A stretch of DNA of 64,000 bases from Anolis carolinensis (lineage: Eukaryota): NCBI RefSeq assembly GCF_035594765.1, contig NW_026943823.1, forward strand, positions 7,378,001-7,442,000, given 5' to 3'. Below, in pieces: positions 49,623-62,307 of this stretch (the stretch's first letter is position 1; the number at the start of each line of letters is the position of its first letter). A model generated the notes under the pieces. It had not been told where the DNA came from. It was given only the letters and a program-made list of their open reading frames with translations, and did no database searches. The position numbers and the translations under genes were made by a program.

Positions 49623-49858
49623 AGTAAAGAAAAGTCCAATGCTGTGGTTTTAGCTATAGATAGGTTTCATCTGTTTATTTTGAATACCATTCTTACTGAA
49701 TTCTACTTTAATGCTCGTCTATTTCTAGGTTTTCAATTGTATTGGAGTGGTTTTACTGTAAGCTTCTTTAACTCTCTTTTTTAAACAGAAAAAAGAAATG
49801 TGTAAATAATAATAATAATTTTAAACAGAAAAAAGCAATGTGTAAATAATATTAATAA

Positions 49859-50480
49859 TGCAAGGAAATTGACGAAACCATTGATCATATCCTCAGCTGC
49901 TGTAAGAAAATTGCACAGACAGAATACAAACAGAGGGACAACTACGTGGCCCAAATGATTCATTGGAACTTATGCCTCAAGTACCACCTCCCAGCAGTAA
50001 AGAAACTGGTGGGATCACAAACCTGCAAAAGTATTGAAAAATGAGCACACAAAGATACTGTGGGACTTCCGAATCCAGACTGACAAAGACATCGCACTAG
50101 ACATCACAGTTGTGGAAAAGAAAAAGGTTTGGATCATTGATGTCGCCATCCCAGGTGACAGTCGCATTGACGAAAAACAACAGGGAAAACTCAGCCGCTA
50201 TCAGGACCTCAAGATTGAACTTCAAAGACTCTGGCAGAAACCAGTGCAGGTGGTCCCGGTGGTGATCGGCACATTGAGTGCCGTGCCAAAAGATCTCAGC
50301 CAGCATTTGGAAACAACAGACATTGACAAAATTACAATCTGCCAACTGCAAAAGGCCACCCTACTGGGATCTGCACGCATCGTCCGAAAATACATCACAC
50401 AGTCCTATACACTTGTGAAGTGTTCGACTTGTGATTTTGTGATACGAAATCCAGCATATCTCTCGTTTGCTGTGTCATAA
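49859..50480 (+). mobile_element. R4/Dong-clade non-LTR retrotransposon 3' fragment
   Basis: KILWDFRIQTD...IIDVAIPGDSRIDEK...YQDL, flanked by TAA repeats. Confidence 0.8.
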
Positions 50481-50527
50481 AATAATATCTTCTTGAAAGA
50501 GACATGTATGCCCACATCTCTCTAGGG

Positions 50528-50661
50528 CAGTGGTTTTCAGCCTGTAGGTCCCCAGGTGTTTTGGCGTACAACTCCCAGAAATCCCAGCCAGTTTACCAGC
50601 TGTTAGGATTTCTAGGAGTTGCAGGCCAAAACATCTGGGGACCCACAGATTGAGAACCACT
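50528..50661. mobile_element. Short palindromic hAT-type MITE
   Basis: CAGTGGTT...AACCACTG termini, near-palindromic body. Confidence 0.6.
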
Positions 50662-51520
50662 GCGTTAGGATCTAAATTGACGGCTTCAAGGAATGTGAGA
50701 CTTACATTCTGCAAAATGAGAAGACACTATACATTCACAATACAGGAAGTCCCCTTGGGGAAATAGGGTGGGTTATAAATAAAGTATTGTTATTATTATA
50801 GACAAGATCGATTCTGTAGGTTTCTTCTTAAACTGAATTTGTATGGAAATCAGAATATGTACAATTTTAAAGTGTAACTCCAGCCATATATATATACACA
50901 CACACACACCATATGAGATAGGGGTGGGGAGCATCAACCCTCATCAGCATGACCAGTAATGTTGAATTGTGTGTGTATGTGTGTGTGAATATATATACAC
51001 ATAACACACACACACACACACACACGAGATAGGGATGGGGAGCATCAACCCTCAGGCTACATGACCAGTAATGTTGAACTGTAGGAACTGCAGTCCAAAA
51101 CATCAAAATAACCAGAGATTCTCAACTCCTGGTTATAACAAAAATGCCTAGTACTAACCAGCTTTATATCTTTTGGAAAGCAAAAGGACATGTCAACCCC
51201 CCTGTGGTGTTTGTTTTGCTATCTTTGTCTCTGTATAGATTTCACCTTTTGAAAAGTTTGGCCTCTTGTGAAGATAAAAGTTCAGTGGAGACCCTTTCCC
51301 CCCATGATAATAACTATTTCAAGAGTGAATTTCCCTTTCGAGGAGAAGAATTCTCTCACTTCCTGTTGTCTCAGCCCTGTCCTTAACTAGGAGTCCTATG
51401 TACATCAGATGTCTGTGTGTCATGATCTCCAATCCTTGACATCTCTGGTCGGCTGACAAGGAACAGATGCCAGCCATAAAACAGGCCGGCCATAAAACCT
51501 CAATTACCCTCTGGTATGTG

Positions 51521-51710
51521 GGAGCCCCTATATATGTGGGCCAAAAGAAGGTTCTGGTATTCGGTACAAAATGTCGGGTTTTCTTCCCTCAGTTGTGCTG
51601 TGGGTCCGTCTTCCAAAAGAAAAAGCACCAAGACACGCTGGTAGATTCCAACAGATTTTTATTGTACCAAATGCCAGAACCTTCTTTTGGCCCACATATA
51701 TAGGGGCTCC
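51521..51710. mobile_element. Unclassified MITE with ~48-bp TIRs
   Basis: GGAGCCCCTATATATGTGGGCCAAAAGAAGGTTCTGG... inverted at both ends. Confidence 0.65.
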
Positions 51711-51969
51711 TGACACTGTGACCCAGGACTGCCTATAGTTCAAAACAAATGTATTCGTCCCAGATTTGGAAAAAAAATTATCTCAGACTACTGCTTTATA
51801 TATAAAATGAAAGAGATGTTCAATCAGATGCTCACATTTTCTCCTTTCTGAGGAGGCAAAGTCCAGTCCAAGAGTCAACCCCACGCTTCCGCTAAAGTTT
51901 TAGTCCAATCTGCAGAGTGGCCTCCCTCCCGCTGAACTGCTAAGGCCACCATGACCTTTCTGCAAAGGC

Positions 51970-54900
51970 TTAATAGCCACCTGAGGTCTTTTTCTCCTTC
52001 GACGACTTCCCTTTGTCCTCCCCTTGGTCTCGAGACCTTCTGCTTCCAGCCCCTTGAAGCCTCTCTTTTGGGGCATCGAGTGTCTTGTGTTTCTCTTCCC
52101 TTTGAGAAGCTCCTGGTTCGTGTCTGCCCCGATCTGTGCCTCTTTCCCGGGACCTCTCTCTCTCCCGCTTGTATTTGTGCCCCGAGAGGCTGCTCCAGTT
52201 CGACTGACTCCCAGAAGCATATCGCTCGTAGCCTGGATCTTCCTTCTCCTCTTTGATCCTGGTTTTAAGAGGCAGCACGTCTGCAAGCGGTTCTTCTTTC
52301 ACACGTTTCCGATGCTCCTTCTTCTCTTTCTTTTTTTTCTTTCTTTTCTCTTTGGAAAAAGTAAAAAACATTGCAATCAAAAAGGTTTTTCCACAAATAC
52401 TTCACTGGAATTTCAATGGAATGCAAAGATACAGAATGGGGGACGCCTGGCTAGACAGCAGTACATATGAAAAAGATCTTGGAGTCCTTGTGGACAACAA
52501 GTTAAACATAAGCCAGCAATGTGATGCGGCTGCTAAGAAAGCCAATGGGATTCTGGCCTGCATCAATAGGGGTATAGCGTCTAGATCCAGAGAAGTCATG
52601 CTCCCCTCTATTCTGCCTTGGTCAGACCACACCTGGAATACTGTGTCCAATTCTGGGCACCGCAATTGAAGGGAGATGATGACAAGCTGGAATGTATCCA
52701 GAAGAGGGCAACTAAAATGATCAAAGGTCAAGAGAACAAGCCCTATGAGGAGCGGCTTAAAGAACTGGGCATGTTTAGCCTGCAGAAGAGAAGGCTAAGA
52801 GGAGACCTGATAGCCATGTACAAATATGTGAGGGGAAGTCATAGGGAGGAGGGAGCAAGCTTGTTTTCTGCTGCCCTGCAGACTAGGATGCGGAACAATG
52901 GCTTCAAACTACAGGAAAGGAGATTCCACCTGAACATTAGGAAGAACTTCCTCACTGTGAGAGCTGTTCGACAGTGGAACTCTCTGCCCTGGACTGTGGT
53001 GGAGGCTCCTTCTTTGGAGGCTTTTAAGCAGAGGCTGGATGGCCATCTGTCGGGGGTGCTTTGAATGCGATTTCCTGCTTCTTGGCAGGGGGTTGGACTG
53101 TATGGCCCATGAGGTCTCTTCCAACTCTACTATTCTATGATTCTATGAAATATCCTTGACTCAAACCCCTCTTTGCCTCCATTTCTAATGGAGCTTGGGA
53201 CTTTCCATGAATCAGAAACAGGGAACTTTTATTGAGCTTAAAATTGCATAATGGAGAATGCAATCACCTTTTTTGTGTTTCTTCACTTCCACGTCATTCT
53301 CTTCAGACGATTCGGACGAACTTGGAGGAGGCGTTTTAATACCACATCCCTTCTCCCGGAGTGTTTTTGTAACTTCATCGATATCCTCGGAATCTTTTGG
53401 TGGACGATAATTAGCAACATGATCTACTCGAATAGTCCTTCCTTTTATCTGTGAATACAGAAAAATGGCAGTTATTTAACAGCCTTATAGATGTTGTGAT
53501 ATTTGTACTGCGCAATGCACTGCTGATGAAAGTGCACCAATCATGTACTTGGTTTGCCTGACAGATCAGGATCCTTTTAATTGACCTGATTTGATTTATT
53601 TCACCTGCTTTATTTCTTCCTGATAGTAAGAGTTGTCTGGCAGTGGAATATGCTACTTAGAAATCTGGTGGAGTCTCCTTCTCTGAACGTTTTTAAAACA
53701 GAGGCTGGGTGGCCATCTGTCGGGAGGGCTTTGATTGTGTGTTCTTGCAAGGCAGAATGGATTTGGATTGCACAGCTTTAAGACAACTGTTCCTTTTTCC
53801 TCCCCATTTCTAGGAACCTTGCCCAAATCCACCAGTCACATCTGCAAACCCACCCAAGGAACCATTTCTGCATCAAATACACTTTGTGGGTCCAACTCCA
53901 GCAAACATATACAGCAAAAAGGATTCCTGGGCTGTTGCATGATCACCAACCTTTATCCCATTGAAATTATCCACTGCAAGGATGGTGCTTCGCTGATCTT
54001 CATAGCAAATGAAGCAGAAACCTTTGGATTTCCCTGTCTTCTTGTCACGAACCAGGTTTATGTTCACAATCTCCCCATATCTGCAGGGAAAGATAGTAAC
54101 TTCAACTTTTTTATTTAAAAAAAGATCAAGCAGAGTCACTTTAAAAAACACAAGTGCTAACATACAAAGCTTCACAACGATCTCTGTTAGCAGTGTGGTC
54201 AAAAGGAGCCAGCTGCAGATTCTGAAGCTTGTAGTTGCTGCAGATTCTACATTATTATACCTACAGCTAAAATAATTTTTCAAGGGCATTCATGGAAAAC
54301 CTGTAAATTACTCACAGAGAATCTTGCTTGAGAAACCGTACAAAATGCATTTGCCTGAGAATCAGTCCTATTCAACTCAATGTGTCTCAGTTCAGAATAG
54401 ATGCCTAAAGGATTGAACTAAAGTTTTTTTAAATAATCTCGCAAACTATATATTTGAATTGCTGTTATTATGAATCAATGGGAAACACTGTTCAAAATCT
54501 TAAATAAGTATGTTCTTGATGTATTAGACCTATTTTTACTTACTGTGAAAATACACAGATGATGTCGCCTTCTGTCAGCTCATATGGCAACCCCCCTAGA
54601 ATAAAAGAGAAGTAGTTAATAAGATTCTTAATTTTAAAAACACACAAAGATAATTCAATGTAATTATCATATTCCAAGGACATGGCACGCACCCACAAAT
54701 ACCCAAGCGCTGTCATTGTATTCCGAGTGCCAGGATACCTTATCTTGCACTCCTAGCTGTGCTTCGCGTTCATTCAGTTCGTTGATCAGCTTTACCTTAG
54801 TAAGTGGGCTAGAAAAGGGTAAAAACAGGAAACATAAGCTAAGACCAAGAGGCACACTGCATTTCCCACACCCGACTTGGGATAATTGGGTCTTTCAATA

Positions 54901-55068
54901 TTTATATGACTTCATTTTCATACCACCCTTCCTCCAAAACACAATTTGCTACATGGCTTTCTATTAACCATGACCCAAGGTGCATCTATGTTGTTGAATT
55001 AATGCAGTTTGACGACAACTGCCATTGCTTATATGCTGTGTAAACATAGGAGCTGTCGCTTATGAGAC

Positions 55069-55123
<55 letters not shown>

Positions 55124-57014
55124 AACATATATGCTGCCACTCCCCTAGGGCTCGGGGCGGCTTACAAGATTACAATTATTATTTACCAATAATAATAATA
55201 ATAATGCCACTTTGAATAAGTTTTAATGGATTTTAACTGTGAATTTTAATACCGTTATGTTTAATTCTGTTTTAATGTATGCAACTTTGTAAATTTGAAT
55301 TGTGTTGTTATACTTTTAATGTAAGCCACTTCGGGAGAGATAAAGCGGGATATAAAGAAACATAATAATATTATTATTAGACACTTGGACTTAATGTCCA
55401 TGTGTGCTGTGATGTTATGTAAATGTAAATAATAATAATATATTTGTCACCCACTTCTCCTTGAGATGAGGTACAACACGGTCAAAGCACAGCAACGTAA
55501 AATGCATACAAATAAAATACATATAAAGCCACTTTGAGTCTCCTTTGGGAGAGATAAAGCGGGGTATAAATAAATATATTAATAATAATATTATTAGACA
55601 CTTGAACCTAATGTAAATGTGTGCTGTGATGTTATGTACACGTAAACAGTAATAATATATTTGTCACCCACTTCTCCTTGAGATGAGGTACAACACAGTC
55701 AAAGCACAGCAACATAAAATGCATACAAATAAAATACAGTAGAGTCTCACTTATCCAAGCCTCGCTTATCCAAGCCTCTGGATTATCCAAGCCATTTTTG
55801 TAGTCAATGTTTTCAATATATCGTGATATTTTGGTGTTAAATTCGTAAATACAGTAATTACAACATAACATTGCTGCGTATTGAACTACTTTTTCTGTCA
55901 AATTTGTTGTATAACATGATGTTTTGGTGCTTAATTTGTAAAATCATAAATTAATTTGATGTTTAATAGGCTTTTCCTTAATCCCTCCTCATTATCCAAG
56001 ATATTCGCTTATCCAAGCTTCTGCCGGCCCGTTTATCTTGGATAAGTGAGACTCTACTGTACATATAAAGCCACTTTCAGTCTCCTTTGGGAGAGATAAA
56101 GCGGGGTATAAATAAATACATTAATAATAATATTATTAGACACTTGAACCTAATGTAAATGTGTGCTGTGATGTTATGTACATGTAAATAATAATAATAT
56201 ATTTGTCACCCACTTCTCCTTGAGATGAGGTACAACACAGTCAAAGCACAGCAACGTAAAATGCATACAAATAAAATACATATAAAGCCACTTTGAGTCT
56301 CCTTTGGGAGAGATAAAGCGGGGTATAAATAAATATAGTAATATTATTAGACACTTGAACCTAATGTAAATGTGTGCTGTGATGTTATGTACATGTAAAT
56401 AATAATAATATATTTGTCACCCACTTCTCCTTGAGATGAGGTACAACACGGTCAAAGCACAGCAACGTAAAATGCATACAAATAAAATGCATATAAAGCC
56501 ATTTTGAGTCTCCTTTGGGAGAGATAAAGCGGGGTATAAATAAATACATTAATAATAATATTATTAGACACTTGAACCTAATGTAAATGTGTGCTGTGAT
56601 GTTATGTACATGTAAATAATAATAATATATTTGTCACCCACTTCTCCTTGAGGTACAACACAGTCAAAGCACAGCAACATAAAATGCATATAAATAAAAT
56701 ACATATATTAGAACACATTACTATCAAATGCATATATTAAAGGTAAGCTAAAGACCTTGTGAAACTTGTCCAACTACATAGCATTGGCAGTTAAAGTGGG
56801 CTCAAACTGCATTAATTCTACAGTGTAAATTAGGTCTGGGCCAACTTGGGCCCGTCAGGTGTTTTGGACTCCAACTCCCAGCATTCCTCACAGCCTCAGG
56901 CCCTTTCCTGAAGGGGCCTGAGGCTGTGAGGAATGCTGGGAGTTGGAGTCCAAAACACCTGGAGGGCCCAAGTTGGCCCAGGCCTGGTGTAGACGCACCC
57001 ACAACTTACTTCAT
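51970..57014 (-). CDS. RBMX2: RNA-binding motif protein X-linked 2 (Snu17/IST3 orthologue, RES complex), 287 aa
   Basis: Exons 57014-57010 (ATGAA|gtaagt), 54808-54693, 54595-54544, 54080-53951, 53448-53268, 52349-51970. Encodes [17 protein letters not shown]...[44 protein letters not shown] plus a K/R/E-rich tail. Confidence 0.93.
52415..53148 (+). mobile_element. CR1 LINE 3' fragment in the last RBMX2 intron
   Basis: Same ORF2 end and ATTCTATG tail. Confidence 0.9.
55323..56706. repeat. ~210-bp tandem repeat x5 in RBMX2 intron 1
   Basis: Units start at ~55323, 55526, 56068, 56285 and 56495. Confidence 0.85.
55737..56059 (-). mobile_element. Tc1/mariner MITE inserted in one tandem unit
   Basis: TIRs and TA TSD; the empty site AAAATACATAT is visible in sister units. 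Confidence 0.9.
56831..56986. mobile_element. Palindromic hAT-type MITE
   Basis: ~75-bp near-perfect inverted arms, degenerate 8-bp TSD GTGTAAAT/GTGTAGAC. Confidence 0.7.
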
Positions 57015-57215
57015 CTTGGCTTCTCTGCCTGTGTGAATCTGCGCATGCGCCTCACTTCCCGGCAGGCTGGGCAAGCGTCAGGCCGCGTCCTGTCTTCGGA
57101 TAGGCCGAGCCTTCTCCGGGAGCAGCCAATCACGATCGCTCATTGCCTCATGCTCATCGCCGCTTTCATGCGCCGCCTTTGAAGCAGAGAAACTGCGCAT
57201 GCGCCTCCGAAGCTG
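57015..57215 (-). promoter_or_regulatory. RBMX2 CpG promoter
   Basis: Two NRF1 palindromes TGCGCATGCGC (57040-57050, 57194-57204), CCAAT at ~57126, CpG-rich. Confidence 0.65.
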
Positions 57216-57463
57216 TGTTGTTAGTTCCAAAGGGCTAAGGCTGGCATCTCAGAGCGTTAATGCAATTAAATCTCAATCCTCATCGCTAAGCATAATGCAT
57301 GCATTTAATTCCTAATATGTTTACAGCTCTGAATTTAATAACTAAGGGTGCATCTACATTGTAAAATTAATCCAGTTTGACACCACTTGCACTGCCATGT
57401 CTCAATGCTATGGGATCCTGGGAGAGGTGGTTTTATAAAGTCTGTAGCCCTTTCTGCCAAAAA

Positions 57464-57990
57464 AGCCATGATTTAAAAACGCCAGTCTTAAGTTATTTTA
57501 ATCAGTGTTAAAATTGTGCTATGCTAATAATATAACATAATATTATAATAATTATAATATAATACAATATTATATTAATAATATAATAATATTTATTAGC
57601 CATGATTTAAAAACGCCAGTCTTAAGTTATTTTAATCAGTGTTAAAATTGTGCTATGCTAATAATATAACAATAATGTTTTAATAATTATAATGTAATAC
57701 AATATTATATTAATAATATAATAATATTTATTAGCCATGATTTAAAAACGCCAGTCTAAAGTTATTTTAATCAGTGTTAAAATTGTGCTATGCTAATAAT
57801 ATAATAATGTTATAATAATTATAATGTAATACAATATTATATTAATAATATAATAATATTTATTAGCCATGATTTAAAAACACCAGTCTAAAGTTATTTT
57901 AATCAATGTTAAAATTGTGCTATGCTTATATGACATAATAATATTATAATAATTATAATGTAATACAATAGTATATTAATAATATAATAA
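57464..57990. repeat. AT-rich ~134-bp tandem repeat x4
   Basis: AGCCATGATTTAAAAACGCCAGTCTTAAGTTATTTTAATCAGTG... repeated four times. Confidence 0.8.
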
Positions 57991-58382
57991 AATAAAATTA
58001 TATATTATATATTAAATGTAATATTACTAATAATATTACCATATAATGATATAGTACAATATAATAATTTAATGCTTATATTGTACTATGCTAATAATAT
58101 ATTGTATGTTCATTTGATTTGTAAGCCGCTCTGAATCCCCTCCGGGGTGAGAAGAGCGGGATATAAATGTAGTAAATAAATAATAAATAAATAATAAATA
58201 TTGTATGTACATATAATATTGATCATAATATTGTAATACAATATAATACTAATAATACAATATAATATAATTATTATATATTATATGTGATATGTAATAT
58301 TACTAATAATATTGCAGTATAGTGGTATAGTACAATATAGTAATATATGATACTAACATTGTGCTACGCTCATAATATAATA

Positions 58383-59017
58383 CAGAAGAGTCCCGCTTAT
58401 CCAACATAAACAGGCCGCAGAATGTTGGATAAGCGAAAATATTGGATAATAAGGAGGAATTAAGGAAAGGCCTATTAAATGTCAAATTATCTTTCCACCA
58501 TGTCTCCTGTATCAATTTAATGACATAACGATATATAATATTATACTATACTAATATTATAATATATTGTATATACATGTAATATTAATAATTTTATGAT
58601 GTAACACAATGTAATAATAATTATAATTCACTATTATAATTGTGTATTTATATTACATGCAATAATTACTAATAATATTGCAATATACTTGTATAATATA
58701 ATATATTGTATGTATACATACTTGTAAACCGCCCTGAGTCCCCTTCGGGGTGAGAAGAGCGGGATATAAATGTCGCAAATAAATAAATAATAAGTAAATA
58801 TGTTATGATTTTACAAATTAAGCACCAAAACATGTTTTACAACAAATCGACAGAAAAAGCAGTTCAATACATGGTAACGTATGTAGTAATTACTGCATTT
58901 ACAAATTTAGTACCAAAACATCACACTATATTGAAAACATTGACTACTAAAAGGCAGACTGCGTTGGATAATACAGAATGTTGGATAAGTGAAGGTTGGA
59001 TAAGCGAGACTCTACTG
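58383..59017 (+). mobile_element. Tc1/mariner MITE with internal AT-rich / L2-tail insertion
   Basis: TIR ends present, internal ~58490-58800 insertion. Confidence 0.7.
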
Positions 59018-59110
59018 TATATTGTATGTATATATAAATTGTAAGCTGCTCTGAATCCCCTTCGGGGGTGAGAAGGGTGGAATATAAATACTGTAAATAA
59101 ATAAATAAAT

Positions 59111-59290
59111 ACCTTCCAGCCGGAGCGGTACCTATTGATCTACTCACATTTGCATGTTTTCGAACTGCTAGGTTGGCAGAAGCTGGAGCAACAGCGGGCG
59201 CTCACTCTACTCTTGGGATTTGAACCTGGGACCTTTCAGTCTGCAAGTTCAGCAGCTCAGCGCTTTAACTCACTGTGCCACTGGGGCTCC
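59111..59290 (-). mobile_element. Sauria SINE 5' half
   Basis: Matches the other copies. Confidence 0.75.
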
Positions 59291-59508
59291 AAAACCCATT
59301 ATAACCTGGCCCATATCCATATTGAAAATCTCCCTGTCATTTTATAGTTTGTCTTCCATTCCAGATTTATCTCCCTGTCTTGTCTTTTGGATATACGTTC
59401 TATTTTGACATAGACATTCTCTCCTCAGTTTGACTGTTGCTCGTATTGTTGTGCTATACTAGACTTTTAATGTCTTAAATTATTGTTTTAATATTTTTGT
59501 TTTAATTA

Positions 59509-60661
59509 CCGTATATATTCGAGTATAAGCCGACCCGAATATAAGCCGAGGCACCTAATTTTACCACAAAAAACTGGGAAAACATTGACTCCCGTATAAG
59601 CCGAGGGTGGTAAATTTCAGAAATAAAAATAGATACCAATAAAATTACATTGAGGCATCAGTAGGTTAAATGTTTTTGAATATTTACATAAAGCTCAAAT
59701 TTAAGATAAGACTGTCTAACTCTGATTAAATCATTATTCTCATCTTCTTCAATGTAAATGTGCTTATGTATCCTTTTAATAATAATAGAGTAAAATAATA
59801 CATGTAATAATAATAATAATAAATACAGGAAAATAATACAGTAGAGTCTCATTTATCCAAGCCTCGCTTATCCAAGGTTCTGGATTATCCAACACATTTT
59901 TGTAGTCAATGTTTTCAATACATCGTGATATTTTGGTGCTAAATTAGTAAATACAGTAATTACAACATAACATTACTGTGTATTGAACTGCTTTTTCTGT
60001 CAAATTTGTTGTATAACATGATGTTTTGGTGCTTAATTTGTAAAATCATAACCTAATTTGAGGTTTAATAGGCTTTTCCTTAATCCCTCCTTATTATGCA
60101 ATATATTCGCTTATCCAAGCTTCTGCTGGCCCATTTAGCTTGGATAAGTGAGACTCTACTGTACAAGTAATAATAAATGCAATAATAATAAGATCAGAGT
60201 GAAATAATAAATGTAATAATAATAATAAAAGAGTAAAATAAATGTAATAGTAGCAACAATAATAGAGAAAAACAATAAATGTAATAATACCTATAATAAT
60301 AGAGAAAATAATACATGTAATAAATAATAATAATAAATACAGGAAAATAATACAAGTAATAATAAGTAGACTAAAATAATAAATGCAATAATAATAATAT
60401 GATCAGAGTGTAATAATAAATGTAATAATAATAATAAAAGAGTAAAATAAATGTAATAGTAGCAACAATAATAGAGAAAAATAATAAATGTAATAATACC
60501 AATAATAATAGAGAAAAATAATAAATGTACCATATATTCTCGAGTATAAGCTGACCCGAATATAAGCCAACCAGGACCCTCACCCGAGTATAAGTTGAGG
60601 GAAGCTTTTTCAGTCTTAAAAAAAGGGCTGAAAAACTAGGCTTATACTCGAGTATATACAA
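59509..60661. mobile_element. Tc2/mariner-like non-autonomous element with nested MITE 59839-60161
   Basis: TIRs CCGTATATA(C/T)TCGAGTATAAGCC, TA TSD. Nested CAGTAGAGTCTC MITE. Confidence 0.75.
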
Positions 60662-61851
60662 TAAGTGTATAGAAGGTGTTCCCCTATATTCCCCTTAAAG
60701 CAAGCACAGCAAAGCATTTTGTGCAATCCGAAAGAACAGAACACACATCTTGGCGAAAGCTTTTGTGTACCACAGCCCGTTTAATCAGATCCATATCACT
60801 AACTACCGTTGTGAAGAGCACTTTGTCAATCTAAAGCATTACACAGCTGGGTTATAAATCATTCTTTTGCAAGACTCACGTGAACCTTCTCCCATATAAA
60901 TGCCTGTTAAGTGAGGACCCTCCACACATTAAAATAAATGACATGAGGATTGTAGGTCAGCACGGTGCTACAAAACAAAGCCCTTTAACAACAAAACGGA
61001 CAGTGCAAGTTTGGGATAGTGGTATCAGACTGACATTTACAACTATCTATCTTCCTGGTGCAATCGACTGCCTGAGAGAAGGGTGAATTCTTCACTGCAG
61101 GGGTTTAAAGAAGTCTTCATCTCAGGGATGTTTCGGGTTCTTGCACTTGCAGAGGGTTGGTCTAGATAGCCCTTGGGGGCCCCATGATTTTATGGAATCG
61201 CCCAGAAACTTACCAGTAAACCCCAGCCCACGTTTTATGTACTTTTATGGCAAATCAGGAGTGCTCATCCACAAACCCATGTGCTAACATTCAAAGAGGT
61301 GAATACACATAAGATATATATTTGCTTTTCCAGGCTCATCAAATCCATCTGTCTTCCTCATCCCAGCAATAATCTAGGGCTTGTTCTACATTGCAATATA
61401 AAATCCAGAATATCTGCTTTGAACTGGATTATATGGCAGTGTAGAATCATATAATCCAGTTCAAAGCAGATAATGTGGAATATCTGCTGGATTATATGGC
61501 AGTGTAGAAGGGGCCGAACTCTTCCGCTTTGATTCTACATTTCCCTATGGGACAGAGTGATATATCAAGTTTTGATAATGCATTGCACATCCCCATTTCC
61601 CTTTTGCAGGCCCAGTGAAACAACAACTCCATGTATTCCACACTGTGACTAATCCAAACAGGGAGAAACTAAATAAGTTGCTCTTAATAGGCAGACTGAA
61701 GATGTGCGTAGATACTTCTGCATCCAAGCCAGTTGTGATCCTAACGCATTTCATTATTAACTTAGATGGAGACAGACAAGTCTCCGGTTCCAGTTTGTTG
61801 AGGCACGGGGCAGGGAGGAACGGGGCAGGGAGGAATGGCAGGCGCAACAGT

Positions 61852-62307
61852 TCAACACGGGCAGGAGTTTTTGCTGCCGGCCTCGGGCGTGAGCTGTGCC
61901 TTCTGCCCCCTCCCCGGCTGCCTCTCCATGTCCCGGTACAGCAGAGACTTCTGAGCCTTGAGCCGGCAAGCGAGGCACATGAAGATCGACTCCACGTTCT
62001 GGCTCTCCTTGGGGTCCTTGGCGGAGGTTTCGAACAAAAGCATGTTGTGAGCATCCGCGAATTTCAGGGCCAGGCTGGAAGGCACCTGGATCTGGTCCCG
62101 CAAGTCACACTTGTTGCCCACGAGCACCTTCGGGACGAGGGCCGGGACGGCGTGGCCGTTGCACTCCTCGATCCAGGTCTTGAGGTTAAGGAAGGATGCC
62201 ATCTTGGTGACGTCGTAGACGAAAACCACGGCGTGCACGTTGCGGTAGTAATGCTCCACCATGCTCTTCCGGAAACGCTCCTGCCCTGCGGTGTCCCAGA
62301 CCTGCAC
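61852..62307 (-). CDS. RAB33A: Ras-related protein Rab-33A, last coding exon (exon 1 outside window)
   Basis: Acceptor cttcttgcattgcag then [32 protein letters not shown]...GNKCD...ETSAK...CPC*, with CxC prenylation motif. Near identical to RAB33A exon 2. Confidence 0.95.
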   Translation of the reverse strand: MQVWDTAGQERFRKSMVEHYYRNVHAVVFVYDVTKMASFLNLKTWIEECNGHAVPALVPKVLVGNKCDLRDQIQVPSSLALKFADAHNMLLFETSAKDPKESQNVESIFMCLACRLKAQKSLLYRDMERQPGRGQKAQLTPEAGSKNSCPC

